A stretch of DNA of 64,000 nucleotides from Octopus vulgaris (lineage: Eukaryota), in NCBI GenBank assembly GCA_951406725.2, contig OX597834.1, positions 124,001-188,000 of the forward strand, read 5' to 3'. Under the pieces are notes generated by a model, which saw only the letters and a list, made by a program, of their open reading frames with translations, did no database searches and had not been told where the DNA came from. This document shows, piece by piece, positions 13,399 to 27,647 of this stretch. The position numbers were made by a program, and so were the translations under genes. Positions within the stretch are counted from its first letter, which is position 1; the number at the start of each line of letters is the position of its first letter.

Positions 13399-14300
13399 TG
13401 AGATGGTGTCAAAAAGTTCCCAGATTTGTTCTATAGCACACTAACAGATAGTAGCACACAGATGTGTGTGCAGTGAGATCTAGCAGTGACCTTCATGATG
13501 CAGTGGGCTGAGTGACATTGCTGTGTTTACTTTGCAAGTTGTGAAATTTGTGTTTTTGTGATCCCATGTGTCTGCTGTAGTCTGCGACTTTTGTCATGAA
13601 CGGAAAGTTTGAACAAAGAGGCAATGTAAAGTTTTGCATTAAACTTAGGAGTCTGCTACAGAGACATTGAGTATGCCTTAGCAAGTTTACGGCAATGAAG
13701 CAATGGGTCGTATGGTGCTTCAGAAGGCACGACAGAGCCACAGCTCAGTCAAGAGCATGCACATTGTTTTTTGTGACATCCAAAGTATTGTGCATTGAAG
13801 ATTTCTTCCCCAGAGCCAGACCATCAGTTGAGAGTTCTACCATGATGTTTTGAAGCATTTGAGGGAGGGGATTTGGTGAAAGTGACTGGATCTGTGGAGA
13901 ATTGGATGAAGAATTGGATTCTTCCTGATGACAATGCACCCTGTCATGGAGCTGTTCTAATTCATGAGTTTCTTGCCAAAATCAACATATTGGCTTCTGC
14001 ACCCACCCTATTCAACAGATTTGGCAGCTGCAGACTTCATTCTCCTCCACAAGATGAAAATGCAACTCAGAGGTTGCTGTTTTAACATCTTTGTCAAGAT
14101 CAAGAGCAAATCACTGAAGGACTTCGATTTGTTTGTGGAAGACAACTTCCAAGCCAGATTCTAAAAGTGACAGGAATGCCAGGACTGGTGTATTGATGTG
14201 CAAGGTGACTATTTTGAAGGAGATAATATTAAAACTTAGAGGTAAATTAGTTATGTTTTATTGAACACAACTAGCCTGGGAACATTCTGATACCACCTCA
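13399..14300 (+). mobile_element. Decayed, internally deleted mariner element with TIRs and TA target duplication
   Basis: TA-tgagatggtgtcaaaaagttcccag ... ctgggaacattctgataccacctca-TA. Remnants WILPDDNAPCH and HPPYSTDLAAADF. Confidence 0.9.
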
Positions 14301-15456
14301 TATGTCTGCATGTGTGTGTACGTGTGTGAGCATGCGCATATGTTGAAGGCTTTTCTTAAATTGTCATAAGTGATGAAATATAAAATCACCAACCAAGCTA
14401 AAATTTGTGTAGGAGCAGACACAATGTTTTCTTTTGAAGACATTCAAAAGATAATGTTTAAATTAAGTTAAAGAAACATTAGAAAGTCGGAAAAAATTTT
14501 TTAATTCTTTTAGTTTGAAGGCAAAGATAACAAATGAACTTGTGTGAGCCAAAACAGAAGGGAAAAACAAAAGAGGAGATATTAGTTTGATAATGTTAGA
14601 ACTATATAAATCCCAAAATATCTGTCTTTTTTATATTTTCAGAAGCAACTTTGATTGGGAAAAATTCAATAAAATTTATGTCTTTTACACAAATACTTGT
14701 TTTAGCTGTAAATTTGAGGAAGTTGAGTCACATTATTGAATTTTTGGTGAGTTTCTATGAATTCCAGAAATAAACTTCCTTTCAATGAAAAGCTTAATAA
14801 CGAAATTGAAGCATTATAAACTAGACAAATATAAAAATAATAAAATAAAGATGCAAAAGTAATAGAAAATATATAAATAAAACATACATAATTGAAGGTT
14901 GAGATAAGCAAAACAAAAAATAAATTTAAAAAAATAAAATTCGCAGAAAAATAAAATATTTCAGTAACAAATTATTTCTAAAAAGTAAATTCTGTAGCTT
15001 CACTCCAGAGTTAAAATGTTTTCTAATGTTAGAACAAAACAAAGGGTTGATCTAATTAAGAAGGTGTAGACTCATGGCAATAAATAGAAATATTTCATAT
15101 AATAAAATTATTTATCATAAAAATGTCACATTTTGTGGATTAAAACATTGAATAATTATAGAAAAGAGAGTAAAAGAGAAGTTTTAAATGGAATTAGGCC
15201 AAGTGTTATAGAATGATATCGGTGCAAGATAAATTGAAAAAGAAGAGTTATTACAGTGCTTTTAGCTTTTAAATGGCTTCAAAAACATTCAACAGAAGCT
15301 TTGCTTGAAATATTGGCAAAAGTCAAATCAAGAGAAAAAAATAGTTTTGATTAGAGATAAGGCAAGAACAAGCAGAAAAGAAAAACCTTAGGTAAAGAGA
15401 GATAAAAAAACAGAAAGAGATAAAGTATATTGTATAGAGGAGATAGAAAGAAAGAG

Positions 15457-15558
<102 letters not shown>

Positions 15559-18500
15559 AAATACAGTGTTTAAAGAGATAAAGGAAAATAATAGAATGAA
15601 AATTAAACCATGAAATTCCAAAATAATTTAAGAAAAATGGTTTATGATGGGAATATTTTGAGTAAAGAATCTTTTAGGTATTGTGCATTGTATAGAGACT
15701 AAAGGAGTGAAGTGATGAGTAAAATGTTGTTGGCCAGCATCCATACATTCTTATGTAGGACTCAGTTACATGGGTTTGATCCCGTTGCCAGAATAGATGT
15801 GAAATAGCTTCTAAATTGTAAGTTGTGTGTCATGGCAAATGTTTGCTCTGTCAGAAGTATAAACCTACAACAACACTGCGAAGGCCTAAAAGACTTCAAC
15901 GTGAATTCAGAATAATAGGAAAAGCTTGTTTCACAGTGATTTACCTGACACAAACTGTGCAGAAAGCATAGCATCTGAGATCAGACAAACTATGCAGAAG
16001 ACAGAGATAGGAAAGTTCAGCGCCATGATTGATACACGTAGAATTCTGCCCATTGCTTTAGTCAAATGTGGCAGTTTTGTGTTTTGTTTCTATTTATTAG
16101 CCATTTGTGGACATGGGTAACAATGTGTTTAATATCCTACAGTCAAGCTGACACACAAATGCAATCACTTCAAAAATATTCAACAATATTTCTTGTAGAC
16201 AAAAACAAACAAATGGCTGTATATATATAATGGATGTATATGTATTTGTGGCAATGTACGGTGTATAACAGATCTCTGTCTTTGTGAAGATCTGTAATAA
16301 GTCAATCCCGCTTCAATCAATGATTGGAGTGAATTTAGCAGTGAAATTTCATTAGAAAGATGACTCTAGCAGGGGGTAACGAGTCTTAAAGGAAACACAT
16401 TTTGGGGCTGTGTAACTTGTAGCAGCACAACTTGCCATCTGATGTCGACAGTCAGACTTATGGTACAGACCAAAGACTATTGAGAATCAAGACAATTCTG
16501 AAGATGATTGAAACTGGTTTACAGATGATAGCAGAGCCAAAAGTCAGTGGCACCAGCTGTGAGTGGTCCCCAGAGCAGATTCATATGAGATTCTACAGGA
16601 GAAATACAAATCATTCTAATGCCAAACTCACACTTGCACACCTGTCTGTATTTATTGGTGCCAGTACAGTGGCAAGAATATGTAAGAGGGAGTTTGGCAG
16701 AGGCAGTCACAATGTCATAGAGAGCAACTTCTTAATCCAGGTACACCCCCAGTGATAGGCAACATTTATATAGGAGAATATTTTGAATATCTTTACTGTA
16801 ATGCCTTAAATACTGAAGGCAACATGATAAGCAATATATATCATTACCATCAAAAATATATTAAAACATACAAAAATGTAAACTAATTTAAAGAAATGTT
16901 CTGCTCCACAAGATATAATGGTAATGAACTATTATAATTCAGTTAATCTTATCATGTACATCATCTACAACTAATAAAATAGCACTATAACTTAGCTAAT
17001 ACTGTATTCATTATATCTTATATATATATATTCATCATTTTGTCACCTGAAGGATCACATTTTAAATAGCAATAGAGCACATCTGATGTCTCCAAATATT
17101 TTTTTACAAGTACTAAATTTGCTTTCTCCTATGTAAAACCCCAAATGTGTGTTTTGGTTTGCTTTCTAAGTCTGGTTGCCCTTCCTAATACCAACCACTT
17201 TATAGAGTGGACTGCGTGCACATTTTCATGGTATCAGCACAGGTGAGGTCACCTTATCACTTGCAAGATTAAAGATGACTGAACAAGGAGGTGGGGAGAG
17301 AGAGAGGGAGAGAGAGAGAATTAGGAGAAATGATGAGAGAAGCTAAAGTATGAATGGGCCAGAAACAGATTTATTGTGAGAAGGGGTCGTGAAGAGCATA
17401 ACAGAGTAGACTCTAATGGTGGGAGGTGGGATGTATGGAAGAGTGTCGTATTGGGGTCAGTTAGAAAGAGAGAGAGGGACAGAGTGGAAAGGATGATACA
17501 GTGGGCTCCAATACCATTGCACATTATAAGGGTAAATAGGGTGGTAGTGTGGGTGGATGGGTGTGGCTGAAAGTGAGATGATCATTTGGAGGAGCTGTGA
17601 GGAGAAAGTGGGTGAAAGATGAAAGTGTTGTGAGGTGGGTCAATAAGAAGAAAAGACATTGATGTGGTGGAGATGATGTCAGGGAGGAGACAATGAAAGA
17701 AAGAGAAGCAACAATTTGGGGTAACAGTGGATGAGAGCAGTGACAGATGCAAAAGGTTATCATAAAGGTGGCAGGAGGAAGAAAATAAAATTGATAGAGT
17801 GAGACAACATCCTAACTGCTGTGTTTCCTCAAGAGAACTGGTTTCTGCAACACAGTATGTTACTAAGAGTCCCTTCTTATCTCTTTTGCTGGGGACAGCA
17901 TCACCAGTTTGTTCCATGTCTTACTGGGTCTTCCTCTTCCACAAGCCATATCCAGTTAGAGAACTTAGAACTTTTTATACAGCTATCATCATTTATATGC
18001 CTTTTACAACATCCTTTTTCTTGCCTATTACACTGGATTCTTCTCATATCCAGTTTCCATCAGTTAATTTTGTGTTCTGTCATCCATCCACATTAACATC
18101 ACATGTCCAATGAAGCAGGCTTGTTTTAGTTCCTTCTAGTGTCCATAAGTCCTCTGCTTTCAAGGTTCAAGTCTTGACCACCATACTCCACACATATACA
18201 TTGTACAATATCTCCATCACTCTGAGGGAGAGGCCATTTGCTACTAGCACAGGTAGTATTGCCTTGAACTTTTCCCACCCCTATCTATTATGCTATCAGA
18301 ACATCTACATCAAGTGCCCTCTTCGAAGATGGGTACACTGAGCAGTTGCCTGGGGACCAATTCTGATCTATGTATGCTGTGACGTGCTGTCTATAAATAA
18401 ATACCACTGGACTGATTTGGTAAGGGACCTATAATACTGCTAGGGCAGTCTTGTCCACATCCTTGGCTAATTATGTCTTTGGTTATAAAACTATTAGCTT

Positions 18501-19230
18501 TTTAAAGGGAGCCTTCTAAGTAGTTGCGAGACTATTCCCTGGATACATTTTGTGTTTTCTGTCTCTAGGCACCATCCATATATAAAGAATACCTTAGTTG
18601 TTAGCCTGCCTCTCACACCATTACAATTCCTGCATAGCTTTAGTCTTAACTAGATTCACTTTATGTCCATTCAATTCCTGGTTTTGTTTCCATGCCCGAA
18701 ATTTATTATCCAACCCTTCCACAGATCCAACTTAAAGACAAAGGTCACCAACACAGAATTATCAAAGATAGCCACTCTTTGACTCATTTATTATAGTTTG
18801 GGAGGTTACAATAAATAGAAGAGAGCTGATGTTTGTGCAAAGATGGACCTCAACGTGAATGTCAAATCCATCACTGAAAATACTGGTAAGACTCACTTGC
18901 TAAATGCATCTTTGTGTACAGCTACTAAACCCTCAAAAGCCATTTGCCAACTCTTGGGTTCTTTAATAACGACCAAATGACAATACAAGGACCTTTATTG
19001 AAGATGCTAGCTATAGAAGCTTTTTTCTAGCTGTGAGTATACATGCATATAGATATGTATACATCCATATACAAACACACACATGTATATATGCATGCAT
19101 AAACGTATTTATGTATATAAACATGTGCAAATGCATGTGTGTGTACATATATGCATATATGGATGCATAAATATACATGCATGATATATATATAAGCATA
19201 AATATGTATTTATATACATATATGCATATA

Positions 19231-19274
<44 letters not shown>

Positions 19275-19873
19275 TTATATAAATGGATATGAATGTTTTG
19301 GGGCCTCACAGAGGCAATTACGAAAGACTGAGACCTCTGTAGATATAATGTGACTGTGAAGACCTGGCAAATAAAGTGAGTTCACAGCAGTATCCTACAC
19401 AAGTTTTGCATAACCAGCCCAAGTCCACTCAAAGGTACCTTGGATCGTAGGGCGACCTGCTGTTCTTGAGGTGACCTTTTGAGTCAAGTACATCAACATC
19501 AACATGAAGATCAAATGGAAATTGTAGTTGTGATCCCAATGCTGGAGGCACATAAAAAGCACCATACAAACATGGCTGATGGCAGTGCCATCTTGACTGG
19601 CTTCCATGCTGGTGGCACGTAAAAAGCACCCACTACACTCAAAGAGTGATTGGCATTAAGAAGGGCATCCAGCTGTAGAAAAATTGCCAGATCAGACTGG
19701 AGCCTGGTGCAGCCTCCTGGCTTCCCAGACCACAGTCGAACCATTCAACCCATGCCAGCATGGAAAACAGACATTAAACAATGATGGTGATGACGACACA
19801 CACATAAATGAATATATGAATAATTATATATATATATAAATATATAAATATATATAAATATATAAATATATAT

Positions 19874-20388
19874 TGTAAAGTATAGAAGCCATCTTATCAT
19901 GGCTAACCACATAGGTGAGGGGGTGTTACTGTAGCTTTATAGCCCCAAGAGATCGTCGTCTCTAGCTGGCTTTAGACACCATATCAGTGCCCTTGAAGTA
20001 TTTGCAAAGGGAGGCCATCCCTACTTCGCAAGCCTGAGTGATACGCTTGAACTAGTTTCGGGATATTTGTCCCTTGTCAACGGGCGGTAACCACCAGGAT
20101 GCGACGAAAGTGAAGGCTTACTTGCAAATATATACGAGTTTTTCTAGTGGCATTTGTCTCTGATTTCGTAAAACTGACAGTAAGCATAATTAAATCTCAG
20201 AATGAGATTGCAAATACTTCAAGGGCACTGATATGGTGTCTAAAGCCAGCTAGAGACGACGATCTCTTGGGGCTATAAAGCTACAGTAACACCCCCTCCC
20301 CTATGTGGTTAGCCATGATAAGATGGCTTCTATACTTTACATTATCGAGCGATTACTGTTTCAATCTCATTCTGAGATTTAATTATGC
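19874..20388. mobile_element. Short fold-back element, probably PLE-derived, with overlapping inverted repeats inside (TA)n
   Basis: 134-bp near-perfect IR at 19874-20007 / 20208-20341. 27-bp IR at 20184-20210 / 20362-20388. Confidence 0.8.
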
Positions 20389-20418
20389 CTATAAATATAT
20401 ATATAAATATATAAATAA

Positions 20419-20459
<41 letters not shown>

Positions 20460-20702
20460 TATAAATATATAAATATATATATATAAATAGATAAATATAT
20501 ATATATAAATATATAAATATATATATATAAATATATAAATATATATATATATAAATATATAAATATATATATATAAATATATATATATAAATATATATAT
20601 ATGAATATATATATATAAATATATATATATAAATATATATATATAAATATAAATATATATATATAAATGTATAAATATAAATATATAAATATAAATATAT
20701 AA

Positions 20703-20761
<59 letters not shown>

Positions 20762-20803
20762 TAAATAAATGGAGTTTAACGCAGGTGTAAATCAAATATT
20801 TTT

Positions 20804-20889
20804 ACTTTCGACACATGTTTCAAAAATTCCACTGATACTATTCAAAAGAATAAATGGTATAAACAATGCAATCTTCTCCTCAGGAAAGT
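20804..20889 (-). ncRNA. Type I hammerhead ribozyme in the Cav2 sense orientation
   Basis: Reverse complement of the motif above. The base pair of helix II next to the core is G-U instead of G-C. Confidence 0.7.
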
Positions 20890-21663
20890 GAAAAAAGCGA
20901 AACTTGTCAATAAGACATTTTAGCAAAAAATGATGGATTTGTATAGCGATTGACAGAACGCTATTAATATTGTTTAAAAAAACGTTATATGATATATAAT
21001 ACCATCCAACCCTCTAGAAATATTAATAACAAGGTTATTGTATCTGAAGTCAATTCCAATAGAATTAAGTTTATGTCAAGTAACTCTAAGATTAAAAATT
21101 CTATATACCAGTGTATAATCAGTACTCGTAATAAAGTACGATTTTACATTGGAAGCACATCGTTAGAGTTATCTAAAAGAATTTCTATCCATTACTCAAC
21201 ATTTAGGGATAGAAATAAAAGCAATAGTACCGGTCTCATCAAACTGATTTGGGATTTAAAAGACCACAATGAACAATTTCATTTAGAATGGTTGATTCTC
21301 TCAATTTCGATACCTTATGACAAAGGCAAGGAATTCTGTCTTCTCTGCAATTCTGAGCTATTTTTCATTATTTTTTCTAAAAATACTCTAGTAAACACGG
21401 TTATAGAGCGAGCATACAGATGTAAGCATAGGCAAAAACACACATTTAGTGCATATAAGTAGTCTCTATCATTATATATAATTTAAACTTTAATTTCCTT
21501 TATATTTAACATTCACTGTTAATATCCCTGCTCTTTCTGTTAGCTACTTATGACGTTATATCATATAACGTTTTTTTAAACAATATTAATAGCGTTCTGT
21601 CAATCGCTATACAAATCCATCATTTTTTGCTAAAATGTCTTATTGACGAGTTTCGTTTTTTTC

Positions 21664-21749
21664 ACTTTCCTGAGGAGAAGATTGCATTGTTTATACCATT
21701 TATTCTTTTGAATAGTATCAGTGGAATTTTCGAAACATGTGTCGAAAGT
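21664..21749 (+). ncRNA. Type I hammerhead ribozyme, canonical core
   Basis: Helix I ACTTTC/GAAAGT; CTGAGGA; helix II GAAGATTGCATTG/CAGTGGAATTTTC; GAAA; minimal helix III with palindromic ACATGT; GTC site, predicted cut after 21743. Confidence 0.8.
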
Positions 21750-21804
21750 AAAAATATTTGATTTACACCTGCGTTAAACTCCATTTATTTATTCATATAT
21801 TATT

Positions 21805-21851
<47 letters not shown>

Positions 21852-21893
21852 TAAATAAATGGAGTTTAACGCAGGTGTAAATCAAATATTTTT

Positions 21894-21979
21894 ACTTTCG
21901 ACACATGTTTCAAAAATTCCACTGATACTATTCAAAAGAATAAATGGTATAAACAATGCAATCTTCTCCTCAGGAAAGT
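21894..21979 (-). ncRNA. Type I hammerhead ribozyme in the Cav2 sense orientation (copy 2)
   Basis: Same sequence as 20804-20889. Confidence 0.7.
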
Positions 21980-22753
21980 GAAAAAAGCGAAACTTGTCAA
22001 TAAGACATTTTAGCAAAAAATGATGGATTTGTATAGCGATTGACAGAACGCTATTAATATTGTTTAAAAAAACGTTATATGATATATAATACCATCCAAC
22101 CCTCTAGAAATATTAATAACAAGGTTATTGTATCTGAAGTCAATTCCAATAGAATTAAGTTTATGTCAAGTAACTCTAAGATTAAAAATTCTATATACCA
22201 GTGTATAATCAGTACTCGTAATAAAGTACGATTTTACATTGGAAGCACATCGTTAGAGTTATCTAAAAGAATTTCTATCCATTACTCAACATTTAGGGAT
22301 AGAAATAAAAGCAATAGTACCGGTCTCATCAAACTGATTTGGGATTTAAAAGACCACAATGAACAATTTCATTTAGAATGGTTGATTCTCTCAATTTCGA
22401 TACCTTATGACAAAGGCAAGGAATTCTGTCTTCTCTGCAATTCTGAGCTATTTTTCATTATTTTTTCTAAAAATACTCTAGTAAACACGGTTATAGAGCG
22501 AGCATACAGATGTAAGCATAGGCAAAAACACACATTTAGTGCATATAAGTAGTCTCTATCATTATATATAATTTAAACTTTAATTTCCTTTATATTTAAC
22601 ATTCACTGTTAATATCCCTGCTCTTTCTGTTAGCTACTTATGACGTTATATCATATAACGTTTTTTTAAACAATATTAATAGCGTTCTGTCAATCGCTAT
22701 ACAAATCCATCATTTTTTGCTAAAATGTCTTATTGACGAGTTTCGTTTTTTTC

Positions 22754-22839
22754 ACTTTCCTGAGGAGAAGATTGCATTGTTTATACCATTTATTCTTTTG
22801 AATAGTATCAGTGGAATTTTCGAAACATGTGTCGAAAGT
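22754..22839 (+). ncRNA. Type I hammerhead ribozyme, canonical core (copy 2)
   Basis: Same sequence as 21664-21749. Confidence 0.8.
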
Positions 22840-22894
22840 AAAAATATTTGATTTACACCTGCGTTAAACTCCATTTATTTATTCATATATTATT

Positions 22895-24745
<1,851 letters not shown>

Positions 24746-24900
24746 TGTAACAAAGATTTTGCCTCTTTACTACAAAGGGATATCAAGGTAAGATTGTCAG
24801 CAAATTCAAGATCAGTTAAATATTGTGCACAATGCCGACTGCTCTGGCGGGGTTTCATTGAAAAGGAGTTCCTTTCCCTCCGTAGCATCTAGGGAAATGC
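24746..24900 (-). mobile_element. LINE reverse transcriptase fragment
   Basis: [15 protein letters not shown], a decayed DLDFADD motif. Confidence 0.65.
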
Positions 24901-25586
24901 ATAGAACATAGCCGAGAACAATGGTGAGTGAGAAAGGAACATGTGTGGGACGTGGTTGAAAACCACTCTGCCTGCAACACCAAGGTCAATATAAAAAAAA
25001 GGATTTGAAGATGTTTCCAGGGATACAGTGAGGGAGACATGGAGCAGGCTCCAGAGCTGTCTTGAGGCCATGGTGGAAGATGAGGATGGTTACTTTGAGT
25101 AAACTTATCTCCCAGCCATAATCTAGTGGAAAATTTTCAATTTTTAAACTTCTTTTATTTTTCGTTGGGATATTGCATCTTTTTTCCCCTTTTATGCAAA
25201 CTGCCAAATTTAGCCTAAACACCTTGTGTGGTAGATGTTAGGAAAGGCATCCAGCTGTAAAAACCCATGCCAAAACAGACACAGAAGTCTGGTGCAGTAT
25301 TCTATCTGGCCAGCTCTTGTCAAACTGTCCATCACATGCTAGCATGGAAGCTGGACATTATATGATGATAATGATGATATATATATACATAAATTTAATT
25401 AGAGGATATGTTAACTTCGTGATGAGATGATTGCATCCAAGGAAATACTGGTTCAATACCTAGTACTGTTGGGGAATGAAATTCCCTGAAAACAACAGGT
25501 ATATATTAAGCATATAGTTTATATCCAGTTAAAAGAAGATGGAGATAAAGAAGTTAGCAATTATCATTAGCAAATTGGTCATCTTT

Positions 25587-25686
25587 GCTTCTTACACATG
25601 TTTCAATTAATATTCAATAATTTAATTACAAATTTGTACATTAAATTTGCATTTATGTGACATGAGCATAATTTCATCAGGGGGAA
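25587..25686 (-). ncRNA. Hammerhead-like motif with extended helix II and decayed helix I
   Basis: Minus strand reads cccc CTGATGA AATTA...TAATT GAAA CATGTG TA, with inner GCAAATTT/AAATTTGT. Confidence 0.5.
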
Positions 25687-26044
25687 AAAATAGATGTCCC
25701 TTGAGATGTTTATATTTGGACCTATCAATTCATTTCAGCAGTGTGCTTCAGATTGCCTTTGAGTTAGTCTTTAAAGTGCAAGACTGGCAATCCAAATGAC
25801 CTTCCACAGGCACACTCACACAGTAAAATATATATAATGAGATAAAAGAAAAAAATAATTAGTCTCACATATCCAATGCATGGAGGAATAAAAGCATTAA
25901 TCACTGTGAGGTACTGAGCTTCCCAACTGGCATAACAGATGTCTGCTGTACAAACCTCCTGCACTGAGCTCTCTCTTTCTTAGAGGTGGTAATACTAAGT
26001 AGAATCTACAAAATTACTTATTATATGTGTATGTTATAATTACG

Positions 26045-26106
<62 letters not shown>

Positions 26107-26649
26107 ATACATATATCTATATATCTATGTGCATGATTTAAATAATGAGGGTGATAAATTGAATTCTAATTTAATTAACATCTATTCAAAACCAGTAGCC
26201 TAGCATATAGAAAAATCTGAAAATTCAGAAAAATTGTAATCCCTTATTATATGCATGTATCTATGTGTATGTATAGAATTTATATATGTTATAAATATGT
26301 GTGTATATATAGTTTCAAAACAATTTGAGAAATGAATGGCTACATTTCCATGCAGGATTTGAGAGGAAAACAGCTTTTGAGAATTTAGCAAAATTACAAG
26401 ACTGAAAAATTCCATAAAACCTTGCAGAAAGATTAAAATTGAAAAAAGAAGAAAGGACTAAGCATGCATGTGGTAATAATTTTTCTAATTTTTCTAATTG
26501 AAAATATTGAAAATGCAAATCAACTGTGTTTTGTCATTTTTACTAAATAGAAGCTTTGAAAGGCAGCAGACATATTTAGCTGCTCTTGGCATACATGTGT
26601 ATGTATGAATGTATGTATATATATATAGTCACACTGTGTCACATGCTTG

Positions 26650-26688
<39 letters not shown>

Positions 26689-27097
26689 ATATATATGTAT
26701 ATGGCATTGTCATTATGATTGAAACACAACGTTGTAGATATACATATATATATATGCATGTGTTTATATAAAACTATGTATTTATATATATAATTATATA
26801 TGTTTACATATATAGACACATATACACAAGCGTATATTTTTATATATATACACACACATTTATATATGATAATATATATACACATACACACACGTATATA
26901 TATAAGTATATATGCACTTTATATATATATATACACACACACACATGCATATATATATCTGTATGCATATATACGTATACATGCACACACACACACACAC
27001 ACAGTTATATGTATATATTCTTTTAAGATAAGAAGTTAGTAGCTGAAGTGCAAGACAGTTGAAAGAAAATCTGAAGAGAAAAAGATCAGATAGTTAC

Positions 27098-27121
27098 CTC
27101 CTCAGAGTCTGAATATTGCAG
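27098..27121 (-). CDS. Candidate 24-nt in-frame microexon (LQYSDSEE)
   Basis: gttgcttcccctctgttttgaag|CTGCAATATTCAGACTCTGAGGAG|gtaact. Phase 0 to 0, pyrimidine tract with upstream TGC. Confidence 0.55.
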
Positions 27122-27530
27122 CTTCAAAACAGAGGGGAAGCAACATGTTATTGGGGGTTGAAGCCATGAAGAACTTTAACGAATAGCAATAGTTTCATCA
27201 AAAAAGTATATAAATAGATCCTAGATAACAATAAAACAGTTTGTTCACATGGTGACTAAAATTGAATGTATATATATAAGTTCATGTGTTACTACTTGTA
27301 AAAGAAAGGGAAAAACAGTTCCTGATATATAAGATATAATGCTTTAAGCTAAATTCCTTTCCTTAAGACCTGAATTTCACATTATTCTGATCATCAGGTT
27401 ATTTCAAGATCATCATCGTGTGAACCTCAAGTCTTGAGAAAGTGCGTATATATATATATTTGTATACACAAACATATGTGCACACACACATTATTATTTA
27501 TATATATATATACATGTATATCTATAAAAG

Positions 27531-27608
<78 letters not shown>

Positions 27609-27647
27609 ATAAGTGTAGGTGGTATACGAGTGGGTATATATTTTAAA

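Larger units (their letters stand above)
20753..21800 (+). mobile_element. Penelope-like mini-element, copy 1: GIY-YIG-only ORF (20989-21462) between 244-bp inverted repeats
   Basis: SIYQC...FYIGSTS..LSKRISIH...CLLCNSE...CKH. Arms at 20753-20996 and 21557-21800. Confidence 0.92.
21843..22890 (+). mobile_element. Penelope-like mini-element, copy 2 (tandem, offset 1090 bp; ORF 22079-22552)
   Basis: Protein identical to copy 1 and no DNA difference seen by eye. Separated from copy 1 by a short (TA)n. Confidence 0.9.

Noticed and set aside
15945-15974. 30-nt in-frame exon candidate (MLCFLHSLCQ)
   Set aside because: Competing AGs, a modest donor (gtaaat) and a peptide unlike the surrounding tail; not supportable without RNA data.
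17790-18990. Short ORFs, possibly an old LINE
   Set aside because: Too decayed to assign a family or product from sequence alone.
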